Below, piece by piece: positions 20,323 through 29,455 of a stretch of DNA of 64,000 bases (position 1 is its first letter; every line of letters begins with the position of its first letter). The notes beneath the pieces were generated by a model. The model had not been told where the DNA came from and searched no databases. It saw nothing but the letters and a program-made list of their open reading frames with translations. Where the stretch lies: the IMG/VR virus record IMGVR_UViG_3300044712_002668, positions 124,001-188,000 of that record; one strand, 5' to 3'. The position numbers were made by a program, and so were the translations under genes.

Positions 20323-20971
20323 TGATACTATTTTAAGCCTGCAAAACAGATTTGCACAAGATGGCGTATTGAATTCTGACGGGGCAAAATTATGTGACGC
20401 TTTTCAAAGATATTGGGATTCAAATATCCCTGTTGATTATTGGTTCAGGGACATGCATGACTTTTCAGGAGATAAAGGTCTTTTGAAACGTTATACAGAA
20501 ATTACAAGTGATATACCAAAATCATTTCAAGAAGGGGTGCGTATTTGTTTTGCGGGAGGGCATGGTGTTGGCAAGACAATGTCTTGTGTTTGTATCTTGA
20601 AACGTGTTGTAGAGCGTGGACAGCATGATGCTTTATATGTTAATTTGACTGACATAATTCATGTTATGACAAGCCCTGACTTTGAAACAAAGAATGAAGC
20701 CAGGCATCGGTTACTTAATGTGGATTTTCTTGTCATTGATGAGGTTGATCAAAGGTTTATGTCCACTGAGAATGCTGCCGATTTATTTGGTAGGATTCTT
20801 GAGCCCATTATAAGAACACGTATTCAAAATAGAATGCCCCTATTGCTTTGTACTAATAGCCCGAATGTGGTCGATAGTTTTTCTGGCTCTCTCAAGGAAA
20901 GCATCAAAAGCTTGATGAAGTTAGTGACTGTACAGCCAGTACTTGGTAAGGACTTTAGAGGTAATAAATGA
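20261..20971 (+). CDS. DnaC/IstB-like AAA+ helicase loader
   Basis: Walker A GGHGVGKT, Walker B FLVIDE, R..NR.P..L.TN; adjacent to DnaB. Confidence 0.8.
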   Translation: MDTQPNLDLLPFQNIPRKKLDDTILSLQNRFAQDGVLNSDGAKLCDAFQRYWDSNIPVDYWFRDMHDFSGDKGLLKRYTEITSDIPKSFQEGVRICFAGGHGVGKTMSCVCILKRVVERGQHDALYVNLTDIIHVMTSPDFETKNEARHRLLNVDFLVIDEVDQRFMSTENAADLFGRILEPIIRTRIQNRMPLLLCTNSPNVVDSFSGSLKESIKSLMKLVTVQPVLGKDFRGNK

Positions 20972-22425
20972 TTGATGAAGAGTTTGAAGTTACCCAGACA
21001 GAAGACATTCTTGATATCAAAATATTAAAAGGTCTGGCAGCAGATAAAGTAAATGCTATGACATTTACTTATTTATATGATTATACTTTGTTTGATAAAG
21101 ATTATCAAAGCTTCGCCAGATTGTTTCTTGATTATATAAAAACATTCAAAGCATCACCAACAAGAAATGTATTGCTGGATCGCCATTCTGGCAATCTAGA
21201 ACAACTAGAAGTTATCAATGAAATTTGGAATTCCATTGAATCACTGGAATATGATACCAAGGAATTCAATTATGATTTGGCCAAGCTAAAGAAGAGGTAT
21301 CAGACTGATGCTGCTGAGACTATCAGGGTCAAGATAGCCAATGATACCAGCGGGGATCCGGATCAGTTCCTAAAGAAAATAGCTCTTGATCTTCAAAAGA
21401 TTGCTCAGCTTGATTTGGCCAGGACTCATATCCATAAATCTGTAGCTCAGAATATAGATGAGTTCCTTGAGAAGTATGAGGCGAGAAAAGAAGCGCCAGA
21501 TCAAATACAGGAGATTATGACGCGTTACAGTATGCTTGATGCTGTAACGGGTGGTTTGGGCAATGCCGAATTGATAATGGTTGGTGGTGAAACTTCTGCT
21601 GGTAAAAGCGTTTTATTATCCAACCTTGGTATTCAAATGTGGTTACAAGAGAATACCATTGATACCAAGCCGGAGAATTTTTCAAAGGGATATAATATTT
21701 TATATTTTTCTCTTGAAATGAATTATGATGAGTGTTATGTTAGATTCTTGTCAAGACTTGCTAATGTTCCTCAAAGACAGCTTGGTAAAGCTGACTTAAC
21801 CGATGATGAATATCAAAGGGTTTTGAAGGCTAAAGAATTTATCAAAGCATATGAGGCAGCAGGGTGTTATTTTGACATAGTAGATGTTCCGAGAAATCTT
21901 ACAATTGAGGAGGTAGAATTAAGATATAATGATGCTTTGTTGAGATATCGTCCTGATGTAGTTATTATTGATTACATGGGTTTGATGCATAGCACATTAT
22001 TTGCGAAAGAACAAGACTGGTTACGTTTAGGTGCAATTGCAGCTTCATTACACGAATTTAGCCGTGCCTATGATTGTTTGATGATAACTGCCGCTCAGCT
22101 TACAGATCAGAAGAGGGGTTCTTCTCAGAAGAACGCTGATGAAAGCTTAAGAGTTGGCACTCATAGGTGGGGGCGTTCAAGTCTTATTATGCACCATGTT
22201 AATGTTGGTATCCAGATTGAAACAAGACCTAATGAAAGAAGTTATCCAGATATGAGGATACATGTGGTTAAAAACCGCAAAGGTCCCTTGGGACAAGGTT
22301 CTTTAATAAAGAATTTTGCCAATGCATCTTTAATAGATGTACCTTTCGATGAAAAAGAAATGCCAGGAGATATTTCTTCTAGTATTCCAGATTTGATAAA
22401 ATCTATTCAAGAAAGTAAAAATTAA
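20968..22425 (+). CDS. dnaB: Replicative DNA helicase, DnaB-like
   Basis: GGETSAGKS, FSLEM, IIDYMG, AAQL, KNRKG. Confidence 0.85.
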   Translation: MIDEEFEVTQTEDILDIKILKGLAADKVNAMTFTYLYDYTLFDKDYQSFARLFLDYIKTFKASPTRNVLLDRHSGNLEQLEVINEIWNSIESLEYDTKEFNYDLAKLKKRYQTDAAETIRVKIANDTSGDPDQFLKKIALDLQKIAQLDLARTHIHKSVAQNIDEFLEKYEARKEAPDQIQEIMTRYSMLDAVTGGLGNAELIMVGGETSAGKSVLLSNLGIQMWLQENTIDTKPENFSKGYNILYFSLEMNYDECYVRFLSRLANVPQRQLGKADLTDDEYQRVLKAKEFIKAYEAAGCYFDIVDVPRNLTIEEVELRYNDALLRYRPDVVIIDYMGLMHSTLFAKEQDWLRLGAIAASLHEFSRAYDCLMITAAQLTDQKRGSSQKNADESLRVGTHRWGRSSLIMHHVNVGIQIETRPNERSYPDMRIHVVKNRKGPLGQGSLIKNFANASLIDVPFDEKEMPGDISSSIPDLIKSIQESKN

Positions 22426-22440
22426 AAGAAAGAATTAAAT

Positions 22441-22620
22441 ATGAAAAATACAGAGGCTGTAGCGACAGCTGTTAGAATGGAATTTGATCAAACAAATGGA
22501 GATTTATATTTAGTCTTCAAGGTTATAGATGAATCTTTTAAACAAAGAGTTCGAGAGAACTGGTTACAGACTATAGACTTAGTTATGCTTGGAAAAGATT
22601 TAATCCAAAAAGGTGGTTGA
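22441..22620 (+). CDS. Small hypothetical protein (59 aa, below the ORF-track cutoff)
   Basis: MKNTEAVATAVRMEFD...LIQKGG*; fills the gap between dnaB and the zinc-ribbon gene. Confidence 0.6.
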   Translation: MKNTEAVATAVRMEFDQTNGDLYLVFKVIDESFKQRVRENWLQTIDLVMLGKDLIQKGG

Positions 22621-22621
22621 T

Positions 22622-22882
22622 ATGCCGATTTATGATCATGAATGTACAAATCCTGAATGTATGAATGCTTGGGAGGATATTTATTCTATGAATACAGAAC
22701 CTCCAAAGGTTTGTCCTAAGTGTAATCAGGAAACGGCAAAACGTATTATATCCCGCCCAGGACAAGGTAAAGTGGAACTTACTGGACACGATCTGGTAAA
22801 GAAGCTCTGGGCCGAAGGGAAAGCTTTAGCTAAAGAAGCGAGAACAAATGAAAAATTAGCACAAGATTTGTATGGTAAATAA
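22622..22882 (+). CDS. FmdB-like zinc-ribbon protein
   Basis: MPIYDHECxxxxC...CPKC...KRIIS. Confidence 0.8.
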   Translation: MPIYDHECTNPECMNAWEDIYSMNTEPPKVCPKCNQETAKRIISRPGQGKVELTGHDLVKKLWAEGKALAKEARTNEKLAQDLYGK

Positions 22883-22892
22883 CAGGAGCTAG

Positions 22893-23543
22893 ATGACCCA
22901 TGTTAATAAAGACAAGATAAATAATATTTTATCCTTGATAAATGATTTAGTTGACTTAAGACGTAAATGTAAAAAATCAAAAAGTAAAAAACTTCATAAA
23001 GAACTTACTTTCTTACAGCAAGCGGTTGCCAAAGAATTAGATTTTCTTGTAGAAGCACGAGCAAAGAGATATAAGAATTTTTCAAACTATGATGATTTGT
23101 GTCAGGATGGCAGATTGGCATTGTTTTTAGCGCTTCAATCATATGAGCCAGAGAAAGGTGATTTTTTCTGGTGGGCCAACAAATACATCAAGACCAAGAT
23201 TAGTCGAGAGGCCAATCGTCATAGTACTATTAAAATTCCGTTGAAGCATGCCAAGTTGGTTCAACCTTATAAAGTATCACAGTTACCTACTATCATAGAT
23301 AATGCTTTAGATCCTTCTGAAAAACTGAACCAGACTCAGGTTCAGGAAATAGTAAAAAATGCTGTGTCAAAGCTACCTCAAGATCAACAACAGATAGTAA
23401 ACCTGCACTTTGAATTACAATCATCAAAAGATGATCCTAGTTCGATTGGAAAAATTTGTGAGTCCCTTGGAATTTCAAGGGCAAATTGTATGAAGATTTT
23501 GAATGAAGCAAAGAAGAACTTGAAAGTAGAACTTAACATTTAA
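22893..23543 (+). CDS. Sigma-70 family RNA polymerase sigma factor
   Basis: Region 2 'DDLCQDGRLAL..A...Y.PEKG.F..WA..YI', 'TIKIP'; region 4 HTH 'ICESLGISRA'. Confidence 0.8.
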   Translation: MTHVNKDKINNILSLINDLVDLRRKCKKSKSKKLHKELTFLQQAVAKELDFLVEARAKRYKNFSNYDDLCQDGRLALFLALQSYEPEKGDFFWWANKYIKTKISREANRHSTIKIPLKHAKLVQPYKVSQLPTIIDNALDPSEKLNQTQVQEIVKNAVSKLPQDQQQIVNLHFELQSSKDDPSSIGKICESLGISRANCMKILNEAKKNLKVELNI

Positions 23544-26089
23544 TGGAGATTAACGTGAATAACAGACCTGCAATATCTGATGAAGTTTGGGAACAAAACT
23601 ATCGTGGACCTAATGAGACTTGTTTAGAAGATACTTGGGAACGTCAAGCCAAGGCATGTGCTCTGGTTGAAAAACCAGAAATAAGAGATCAAGTTGAAAA
23701 AGATTTTCTTTGGTTGTTGTCAGATTTCAACGGTATTGCAGGTGGTCGTATTACGGCAAACCTTGGAGTTGAGGGTCGTGCCGCAACTACTCTGATGAAT
23801 TGCTTTGTGCATCACCCTTCTGATGTTAATTATCAGGACCCTGATAGTATCGAGGGTATTTATGATATGTTGAAAGCCCAGGCCCATACCCTTAAATCAG
23901 AGGGTGGGTATGGTATGAATTTTTCTTGGATTCGTCCTGCTGGCTCTTATGTCAAAGGAATTGGTGGTCGTACCCCTGGTGTTTTGAAATTCATGGAGTT
24001 ATGGGATAAGTCTTCTGAAATTATAACCATGGGGTATGAAGAAGCCTTTGGTGGTAAGAAGAAAGAAGAGAAGAAAAAGATTCGTAAGGGTGCTCAAATG
24101 GGAATCCTCAATATCTGGCATCCAGAGATTGAGGCGTTTATTGATGCTAAACTTGTCCCCGAACGTTTAACAAAGTTCAATCTTTCTGTTGGTATCACTG
24201 AAGGGTTTATGGATGCTGTCAAGTCAGATGGAAATTGGAATTTGAGATTCCCTGATATTGAAAGTCCATTGTACAAAACTCAATGGTTTGGGGATATAGA
24301 ACAATGGGAAGCGCAGGGTTTACCAACAGTAATTCATAAGACGGTAAAGGCTCGTGATCTTTGGGATAAGATTATGAGGGCTACTTATACCAGAAATGAT
24401 CCTGGGGTTTTATTTCTTGATATTGCTAATAAGTTCAATCCATTAAGTTATGCTGAAAAGATTTTAACAACCAATCCTTGCGGTGAAATTGGAATGAGCA
24501 CTGGCGTTTGTCTGCTATTATCCCTCAATCTTGTTAAGTATTTGAAGGATGATAATGGTGTCAAATATTTTGATTTTGATAAATTCAAAAAGGCCGTAAG
24601 TGTAGCTGTTCGTTTCGCTGATAATATCAATGATATTTCAAGAGTTCCAATATTTGACTATAAAAAGTCAATGCTTGAAAAAAGAAGGATTGGACTTGGA
24701 GTTCTTGGTTTAGGATCATTGTTTTATATACTTGGAATCAGATATGGTTCCGATCAGTCAATAGAACTTACTAAACAGATATTTTCTGCAAAACTGGAAA
24801 CAGAGTTGTTAACCAGCGCTACACTTGGTCAAGAGAAAGGAAGCTTCCCATTATTTGATGCCCAAAAATATTTTTCAACATATTGGTGGAAGACCCTACC
24901 TATATCTGATGAGGTAAGAGAACAAATTGTCAGTATAGGGTGTATGAGAAACTCTCATCGTGCTGCTAATGCACCAACTGGTAATATGAGTATTTATTCT
25001 GGGGTTGTCAGTGGTGGTATTGAACCTTTATTTTTACCAGAATATGTTAGATGGATGATTGTTCCCGAAGGAGATCGTGCAGATTTACGTAAGGCAGGTT
25101 TCCAATTCCCAGATGTATTCAAGGGTGAATGGTTTGAGACACCTCATCTTAGAAGTGCCAAACGTGGTAATGATGATATCTTGATTGGTTCTTTCAATGG
25201 TATCAATTATCAAGTTGATAAAAATCGTGGTCTCACCAAAGAGAATATTGTTGAGGATTATGGTTGGCATTTTGTAAAGCAGAATCTTGATTCTTCTGTA
25301 TTGCAGAACAATAAAGAAGCTGGTTTGTATGCTACTACAGAGGATCTTACCGCCGAAGAACATATCAAAGTTTTGAAAGCTTTGGCTAGATATGTTGATA
25401 TGAACTCTAGTAAAACAGTCAATGTTCCTAATAACTATCCATATGATGATTTCAAGAATCTTTACATGGATGCTTGGGAGGCTGGTGTAAAGGGTATTAC
25501 AACATATCGTGCTGGTACAATGACAGCCGTACTTGAAAAGGTAGATGCAAACAAGGATGATTCAGGAAGGCCAACCAAGATTATAAAGTCACAAGCCCCG
25601 AAGCGTCCAAAGGAACTTCCATGTGATATCCATCAGGTAAAAATCAATGGAAAGAAATGGGTTGTTATTGTTGGCTTGTTAGGGGAACAACCTTATGAGG
25701 TATTCTCCGGGCCATCTGAGAACCTGCCTCTTCCCAAGAACGAAGTGTCTGGGCTTTTAAGACGCAAGGGTAAAGGTAACTACACTTTGATTATTGGGGA
25801 CCAAGAAATCAATGACATTGTAGAGACTCTTAGTGATCATGATAGTGCTTGGGCTACTAGATTGGTTTCTATGCCTTTACGTCATGGAATTCCTTTAGAG
25901 TTTTTGTGTGAGGTTCTATCCAAGGATGGGTTTGTTACCGATGTAAATAAAGGCTTGGCAAGAATACTTAAAAAGTATTCAAAAAATCTTCCTGAGGGTA
26001 AGACCTGTCCAGCATGTGGGAGTTCCAAGGTGAATCTAACTGAAGGATGTCTTGTTTGTATGGATTGTGGCCACGGAAAATGTGGATAA
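23543..26089 (+). CDS. nrdJ: Class II (adenosylcobalamin-dependent) ribonucleotide reductase with C-terminal extension and Zn ribbon
   Basis: GGR, NCF, RKGAQMG, TNPCGE, APTG, SKTVN, KGITTYR, CPACG...CMDCG; no beta subunit nearby. Confidence 0.9.
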   Translation: MEINVNNRPAISDEVWEQNYRGPNETCLEDTWERQAKACALVEKPEIRDQVEKDFLWLLSDFNGIAGGRITANLGVEGRAATTLMNCFVHHPSDVNYQDPDSIEGIYDMLKAQAHTLKSEGGYGMNFSWIRPAGSYVKGIGGRTPGVLKFMELWDKSSEIITMGYEEAFGGKKKEEKKKIRKGAQMGILNIWHPEIEAFIDAKLVPERLTKFNLSVGITEGFMDAVKSDGNWNLRFPDIESPLYKTQWFGDIEQWEAQGLPTVIHKTVKARDLWDKIMRATYTRNDPGVLFLDIANKFNPLSYAEKILTTNPCGEIGMSTGVCLLLSLNLVKYLKDDNGVKYFDFDKFKKAVSVAVRFADNINDISRVPIFDYKKSMLEKRRIGLGVLGLGSLFYILGIRYGSDQSIELTKQIFSAKLETELLTSATLGQEKGSFPLFDAQKYFSTYWWKTLPISDEVREQIVSIGCMRNSHRAANAPTGNMSIYSGVVSGGIEPLFLPEYVRWMIVPEGDRADLRKAGFQFPDVFKGEWFETPHLRSAKRGNDDILIGSFNGINYQVDKNRGLTKENIVEDYGWHFVKQNLDSSVLQNNKEAGLYATTEDLTAEEHIKVLKALARYVDMNSSKTVNVPNNYPYDDFKNLYMDAWEAGVKGITTYRAGTMTAVLEKVDANKDDSGRPTKIIKSQAPKRPKELPCDIHQVKINGKKWVVIVGLLGEQPYEVFSGPSENLPLPKNEVSGLLRRKGKGNYTLIIGDQEINDIVETLSDHDSAWATRLVSMPLRHGIPLEFLCEVLSKDGFVTDVNKGLARILKKYSKNLPEGKTCPACGSSKVNLTEGCLVCMDCGHGKCG

Positions 26090-26090
26090 C

Positions 26091-26480
26091 ATGAGAGAAA
26101 TATCGATATATATAAACAAGGAAGATAGAGATCAAGTAGAAGAAGAAGAAAGAAATTCATTTATTAAATCTATCCTTGAAGGTTTGGATATTCCTTTAGA
26201 AGAGGTTTGGCCAGATCTAAATCTTACAGTAGAACAAAAAGTACAATTAAGGAATTTTCTATCAAAATTAGATATCGAGATTGACCATGATGGAGATCAT
26301 GGTTATAAAATCTTTCATAATAAGGATTGTCTTGGACAGTGGTTTAAACCACGTTTTGTTCTAAGAGAAGATCCTACTGCTAAACATATAAGTAAAAGAT
26401 ATTTTTATGAAATGATAATAAAAACAGATAGTGTTTTTGAACAAGGAGAAAATAATGGAGAAGTTGACACAGTTGAGTAA
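26091..26480 (+). CDS. Hypothetical protein
   Basis: ORF immediately after nrdJ (start MREISI). Confidence 0.6.
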   Translation: MREISIYINKEDRDQVEEEERNSFIKSILEGLDIPLEEVWPDLNLTVEQKVQLRNFLSKLDIEIDHDGDHGYKIFHNKDCLGQWFKPRFVLREDPTAKHISKRYFYEMIIKTDSVFEQGENNGEVDTVE

Positions 26481-26706
26481 AGAAGTTTTGACCACTATTG
26501 AAACTGCCCGTGTAAAGGCTGTAAACCTGGCTTCAGAAGCTGATAAGGCAATTGCAAATGCCAAGGTTGCTGAGCTTGAATATCGCGTAATTGTTCAACA
26601 GGTTTATTTGAGCAATAAGTTGGATGCTGAGTGTAAAATAGATCCTACAACTGGGGTTATTACTTGGCCTGAAGAGCCAGTTACTGTTGAAGGTATAGCA
26701 GGATAA
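26431..26706 (+). CDS. Hypothetical protein
   Basis: AGGAG RBS before the internal MEKL start. Confidence 0.55.
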   Translation: MFLNKEKIMEKLTQLSKEVLTTIETARVKAVNLASEADKAIANAKVAELEYRVIVQQVYLSNKLDAECKIDPTTGVITWPEEPVTVEGIAG

Positions 26707-26707
26707 T

Positions 26708-27175
26708 ATGGATATTGAAAATTTAGCTGCATTGATTGCTATACGTAATCATATAGTTTCTGTTTTGAATGATAGAAATTTAGTAACAAAAGATGGTGTG
26801 GTTGCTTTAGATCGTCTAAGGATTTCTATTGATAAAAAGTTTGTTGAGGAAGTTCAAAAGCTAGATGTAAACAAATTATTTGAAGTTTCTAAACCATCTG
26901 TTCATCCAATGCCTATTGAAGTTGCAAAGGTAAACAGGGTGGAAAATCCAGAGGAACATTATGATCTTTTGATTGAAAAGACTGAACAACCTCAGCAGTT
27001 AGCTCTTCCACTTGAACCAAAGAATGCTTTGAAAAAGCTTGAGCCAGTAAAAGAAGAGCCAGTTGTAACAGAAACGGATGAGGCTCTGGCAAAAAGGATT
27101 GCAGAGGAAAAAGCAAAGTTGAAAGCTTCTGGAAGAAGTAATAAAAAGAAGTCAAATAAAGATGACAATAAATAG
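26708..27175 (+). CDS. Hypothetical protein
   Basis: 155-aa coupled ORF. Confidence 0.6.
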   Translation: MDIENLAALIAIRNHIVSVLNDRNLVTKDGVVALDRLRISIDKKFVEEVQKLDVNKLFEVSKPSVHPMPIEVAKVNRVENPEEHYDLLIEKTEQPQQLALPLEPKNALKKLEPVKEEPVVTETDEALAKRIAEEKAKLKASGRSNKKKSNKDDNK

Positions 27176-27977
27176 AGGTGAAATAATAAACCTTAAAGAT
27201 GAGCAATGGCTGTCCAGACAAAAACATGCTGGACAAGCTGTTGCTCATATTCATAAAACCATTTCTCAGATAATAAGAAATGAAAAAAATGTTTCTTTAA
27301 AAAATCTTGAACAGGCTGCTGAGCGTCTTTTAAAGACATTTGATTGTGAACCAACCTTTTTTAACTATAGGGGTTTTCCTGGTAAGATATGTACTTCAGT
27401 CAATAACGTAATAGTGCATGGTTTCCCTACCGATTATATTCTTCAAGATGGAGATGTAGTTAAAGTTGATGTAGGTGCAACCTTTGAAGGCGCTATCGGG
27501 GATTGTGCTTGTACATACGTATACGGTAAAACAAAAAACCCTAAAATTGCAGAAATGTTATCTGCATGTTTCAATGCTTTGCATAAGGCTATAAAAGCAA
27601 TTGAAGTAGGAAAGAATTTAGGAATAATTGGTTCAACCATTTTTAAAGAATCAAAAAGAACAGGTTTTGGTGTATTGACAGATTATGGTGGTCACGGAAT
27701 TGATTATAATACTTTGCATGCTTCTCCTTTTGTTCCAAATAAATCAAGAGAAACTGATGGTATTATAATACAACCAGGACTGTCAATTGCAATTGAGCCA
27801 ATGTTTGTATTAGGAAATAATATAAACACAAAAACACATACAGATAAATGGTCCGTTTTAACTAAAGATATTGGATGTCATTTTGAACATTCAGTTACAA
27901 TTGATAGTAAAAATCAGTTACACATTATTACGGAACATTTATTAGAGATGAAAGATTTCTTGGAGGTCGAGGCATGA
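27162..27977 (+). CDS. map: Methionine aminopeptidase type I
   Basis: YRGFP..ICTSVN..IVHG, DVG..GD, GHGI, IEPM, HFEHSV metal ligands. Confidence 0.92.
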   Translation: MTINRGEIINLKDEQWLSRQKHAGQAVAHIHKTISQIIRNEKNVSLKNLEQAAERLLKTFDCEPTFFNYRGFPGKICTSVNNVIVHGFPTDYILQDGDVVKVDVGATFEGAIGDCACTYVYGKTKNPKIAEMLSACFNALHKAIKAIEVGKNLGIIGSTIFKESKRTGFGVLTDYGGHGIDYNTLHASPFVPNKSRETDGIIIQPGLSIAIEPMFVLGNNINTKTHTDKWSVLTKDIGCHFEHSVTIDSKNQLHIITEHLLEMKDFLEVEA

Positions 27978-28198
27978 AAATCCTCTTTGATGATGGTGGC
28001 TACCTGGAAATACAAAGGTCACAGAAACCGAACCATTCATGGGTTACGGTTGGTGTAAAACAACCAAATAATCCTTTGGAGCTTCTGGTAAACTCTGCAG
28101 AGATAGAATCTGTAAAGTTATTTGATATGGTTAAATCTGTTATTGGTCCCGTTAGATTAGACCAATTAATAGGAAAGGAAGAAAAAAATGGCAATTAA
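27974..28198 (+). CDS. Hypothetical protein
   Basis: GGAGG RBS, coupled. Confidence 0.55.
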   Translation: MKILFDDGGYLEIQRSQKPNHSWVTVGVKQPNNPLELLVNSAEIESVKLFDMVKSVIGPVRLDQLIGKEEKNGN

Positions 28199-28496
28199 AG
28201 ATACTGTAAAGAATATTAAGCGTTCTCAAATCAAGACAAATACTCAGCGTGTTGCTCATCGTTTGCTTACTGCTGATGGTGAGTGGGTTTCTCGTTCTCG
28301 TTTGGATACCATTCCATCTGTAGCGGCTCGTATCCGTGATCTTCGTAAGGATCAGTTTGGAGCTTTCCAGGTAGAGTGTAAGACCAATACAGCCCTTGGG
28401 CGTAAGACCAAGACTGGTGAGCGTGTATATTACTACCGCATTGATCCAACCTCAGTTACCGAGGTTCAGGTCAAGAAGGTGTTCAAGCTCGTTTGA
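28188..28496 (+). CDS. Small basic protein, possibly winged-HTH DNA binding
   Basis: 'SVAARIRDLRK..FG...V' pattern; strongly biased codons (AAG, CGT); followed by a terminator. Confidence 0.6.
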   Translation: MAIKDTVKNIKRSQIKTNTQRVAHRLLTADGEWVSRSRLDTIPSVAARIRDLRKDQFGAFQVECKTNTALGRKTKTGERVYYYRIDPTSVTEVQVKKVFKLV

Positions 28497-28514
28497 TAGG
28501 TATTTTTTACCTTG

Positions 28515-28548
28515 AAAAGGCTGGTAAGGAAACTTACCGGCCTTTTTT
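28515..28548 (+). terminator. Rho-independent terminator
   Basis: AAAAGGCTGGTAAG-gaaa-CTTACCGGCCTTTTTT. Confidence 0.85.
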
Positions 28549-28603
28549 GTTTTGCCTGCATAATCAGGAATATATATGAAAAACTTCCCGAATATGAGGC
28601 AAG

Positions 28604-29437
28604 ATGGTTTGTACCCCTAATCCACTTTTTATATACACTAGATACCCTTGTGATTATGACGATCCACGTCCTGCGATTGATACCAAGGGTTTACCTATTA
28701 CGGTTGATTTACAGACTCCAGTAAAAGGAGAGGTTGTCAACCGTCAAAGAGAATCCATCCTTGCTGTTGAGGAAGAACTGGGAATAAAACCCAGCGGAAC
28801 CTATACTACAGTTCGTGCTCGTTTGGATGCTCTTGAATCTCTAATCGCTCAGGGCGGTGGAGGTGGAGGAGGTGGTGGGGGTGGTGTTGTACCATACAGC
28901 GAGATATTGCCGGTATCTTTTAATGGACAAACAGCCTTTACTTTATCAGTATCACCTTTGAGTGGTATAGTAGAGCTTTATATAGGGGGTTTGAAACAGG
29001 ATGCTACAGAGTTTGTAGTAAGCGGAACATCACTGACCTATAACGGTTCTGTATCACTTTTGACTAGTGATGTTGTAGAGGTTGTTTACTTTATAAATGG
29101 CGGATTCATAGGTGCTAATGTAAATGTTCTAGGTGTTTTGAGTTTATCATCTAGTCAAAATGATTACTCCCCAGCAGGGTGGACAGCTTGTGATGTATTG
29201 CTTTTGAATGCGTCAGTAGGAGGGGTGAATATTACAGGCTTTAATTCAAATAGTATTACCCACTCTTTCAAAACAGTTATTAATACAGGATTAAATACAA
29301 TAACTCTTAAAAATCAAGATTCTGGTAGCTTGGCTTCTAATAGAATTTTGACAACAGGTAGTGATGTAGTATTGATTTCCAATCAAGCAGCGCGTTTGTT
29401 TTTTGATCCAGTGTTTAATATCTGGAGAGTTGTATAA
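28604..29437 (+). CDS. Putative virion structural/fibre adaptor protein with poly-Gly linker
   Basis: N-terminal helical segment (AVEEELG.KPSG.Y..VRARLDALE), Gly10 linker, beta-rich C-terminus. Confidence 0.55.
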   Translation: MVCTPNPLFIYTRYPCDYDDPRPAIDTKGLPITVDLQTPVKGEVVNRQRESILAVEEELGIKPSGTYTTVRARLDALESLIAQGGGGGGGGGGGVVPYSEILPVSFNGQTAFTLSVSPLSGIVELYIGGLKQDATEFVVSGTSLTYNGSVSLLTSDVVEVVYFINGGFIGANVNVLGVLSLSSSQNDYSPAGWTACDVLLLNASVGGVNITGFNSNSITHSFKTVINTGLNTITLKNQDSGSLASNRILTTGSDVVLISNQAARLFFDPVFNIWRVV

Positions 29438-29455
29438 TTAAATATTTAGGAAAAT

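Noticed and set aside
20968-26089. Inteins or introns in dnaB or nrdJ
   Set aside because: Lengths and motif spacing are normal, with no C...HN intein ends or LAGLIDADG motifs.
28853-28885. Gly10-encoding G-rich tract as a phase-variable repeat
   Set aside because: Mixed GGN codons indicate a protein linker, not a slippery homopolymer.
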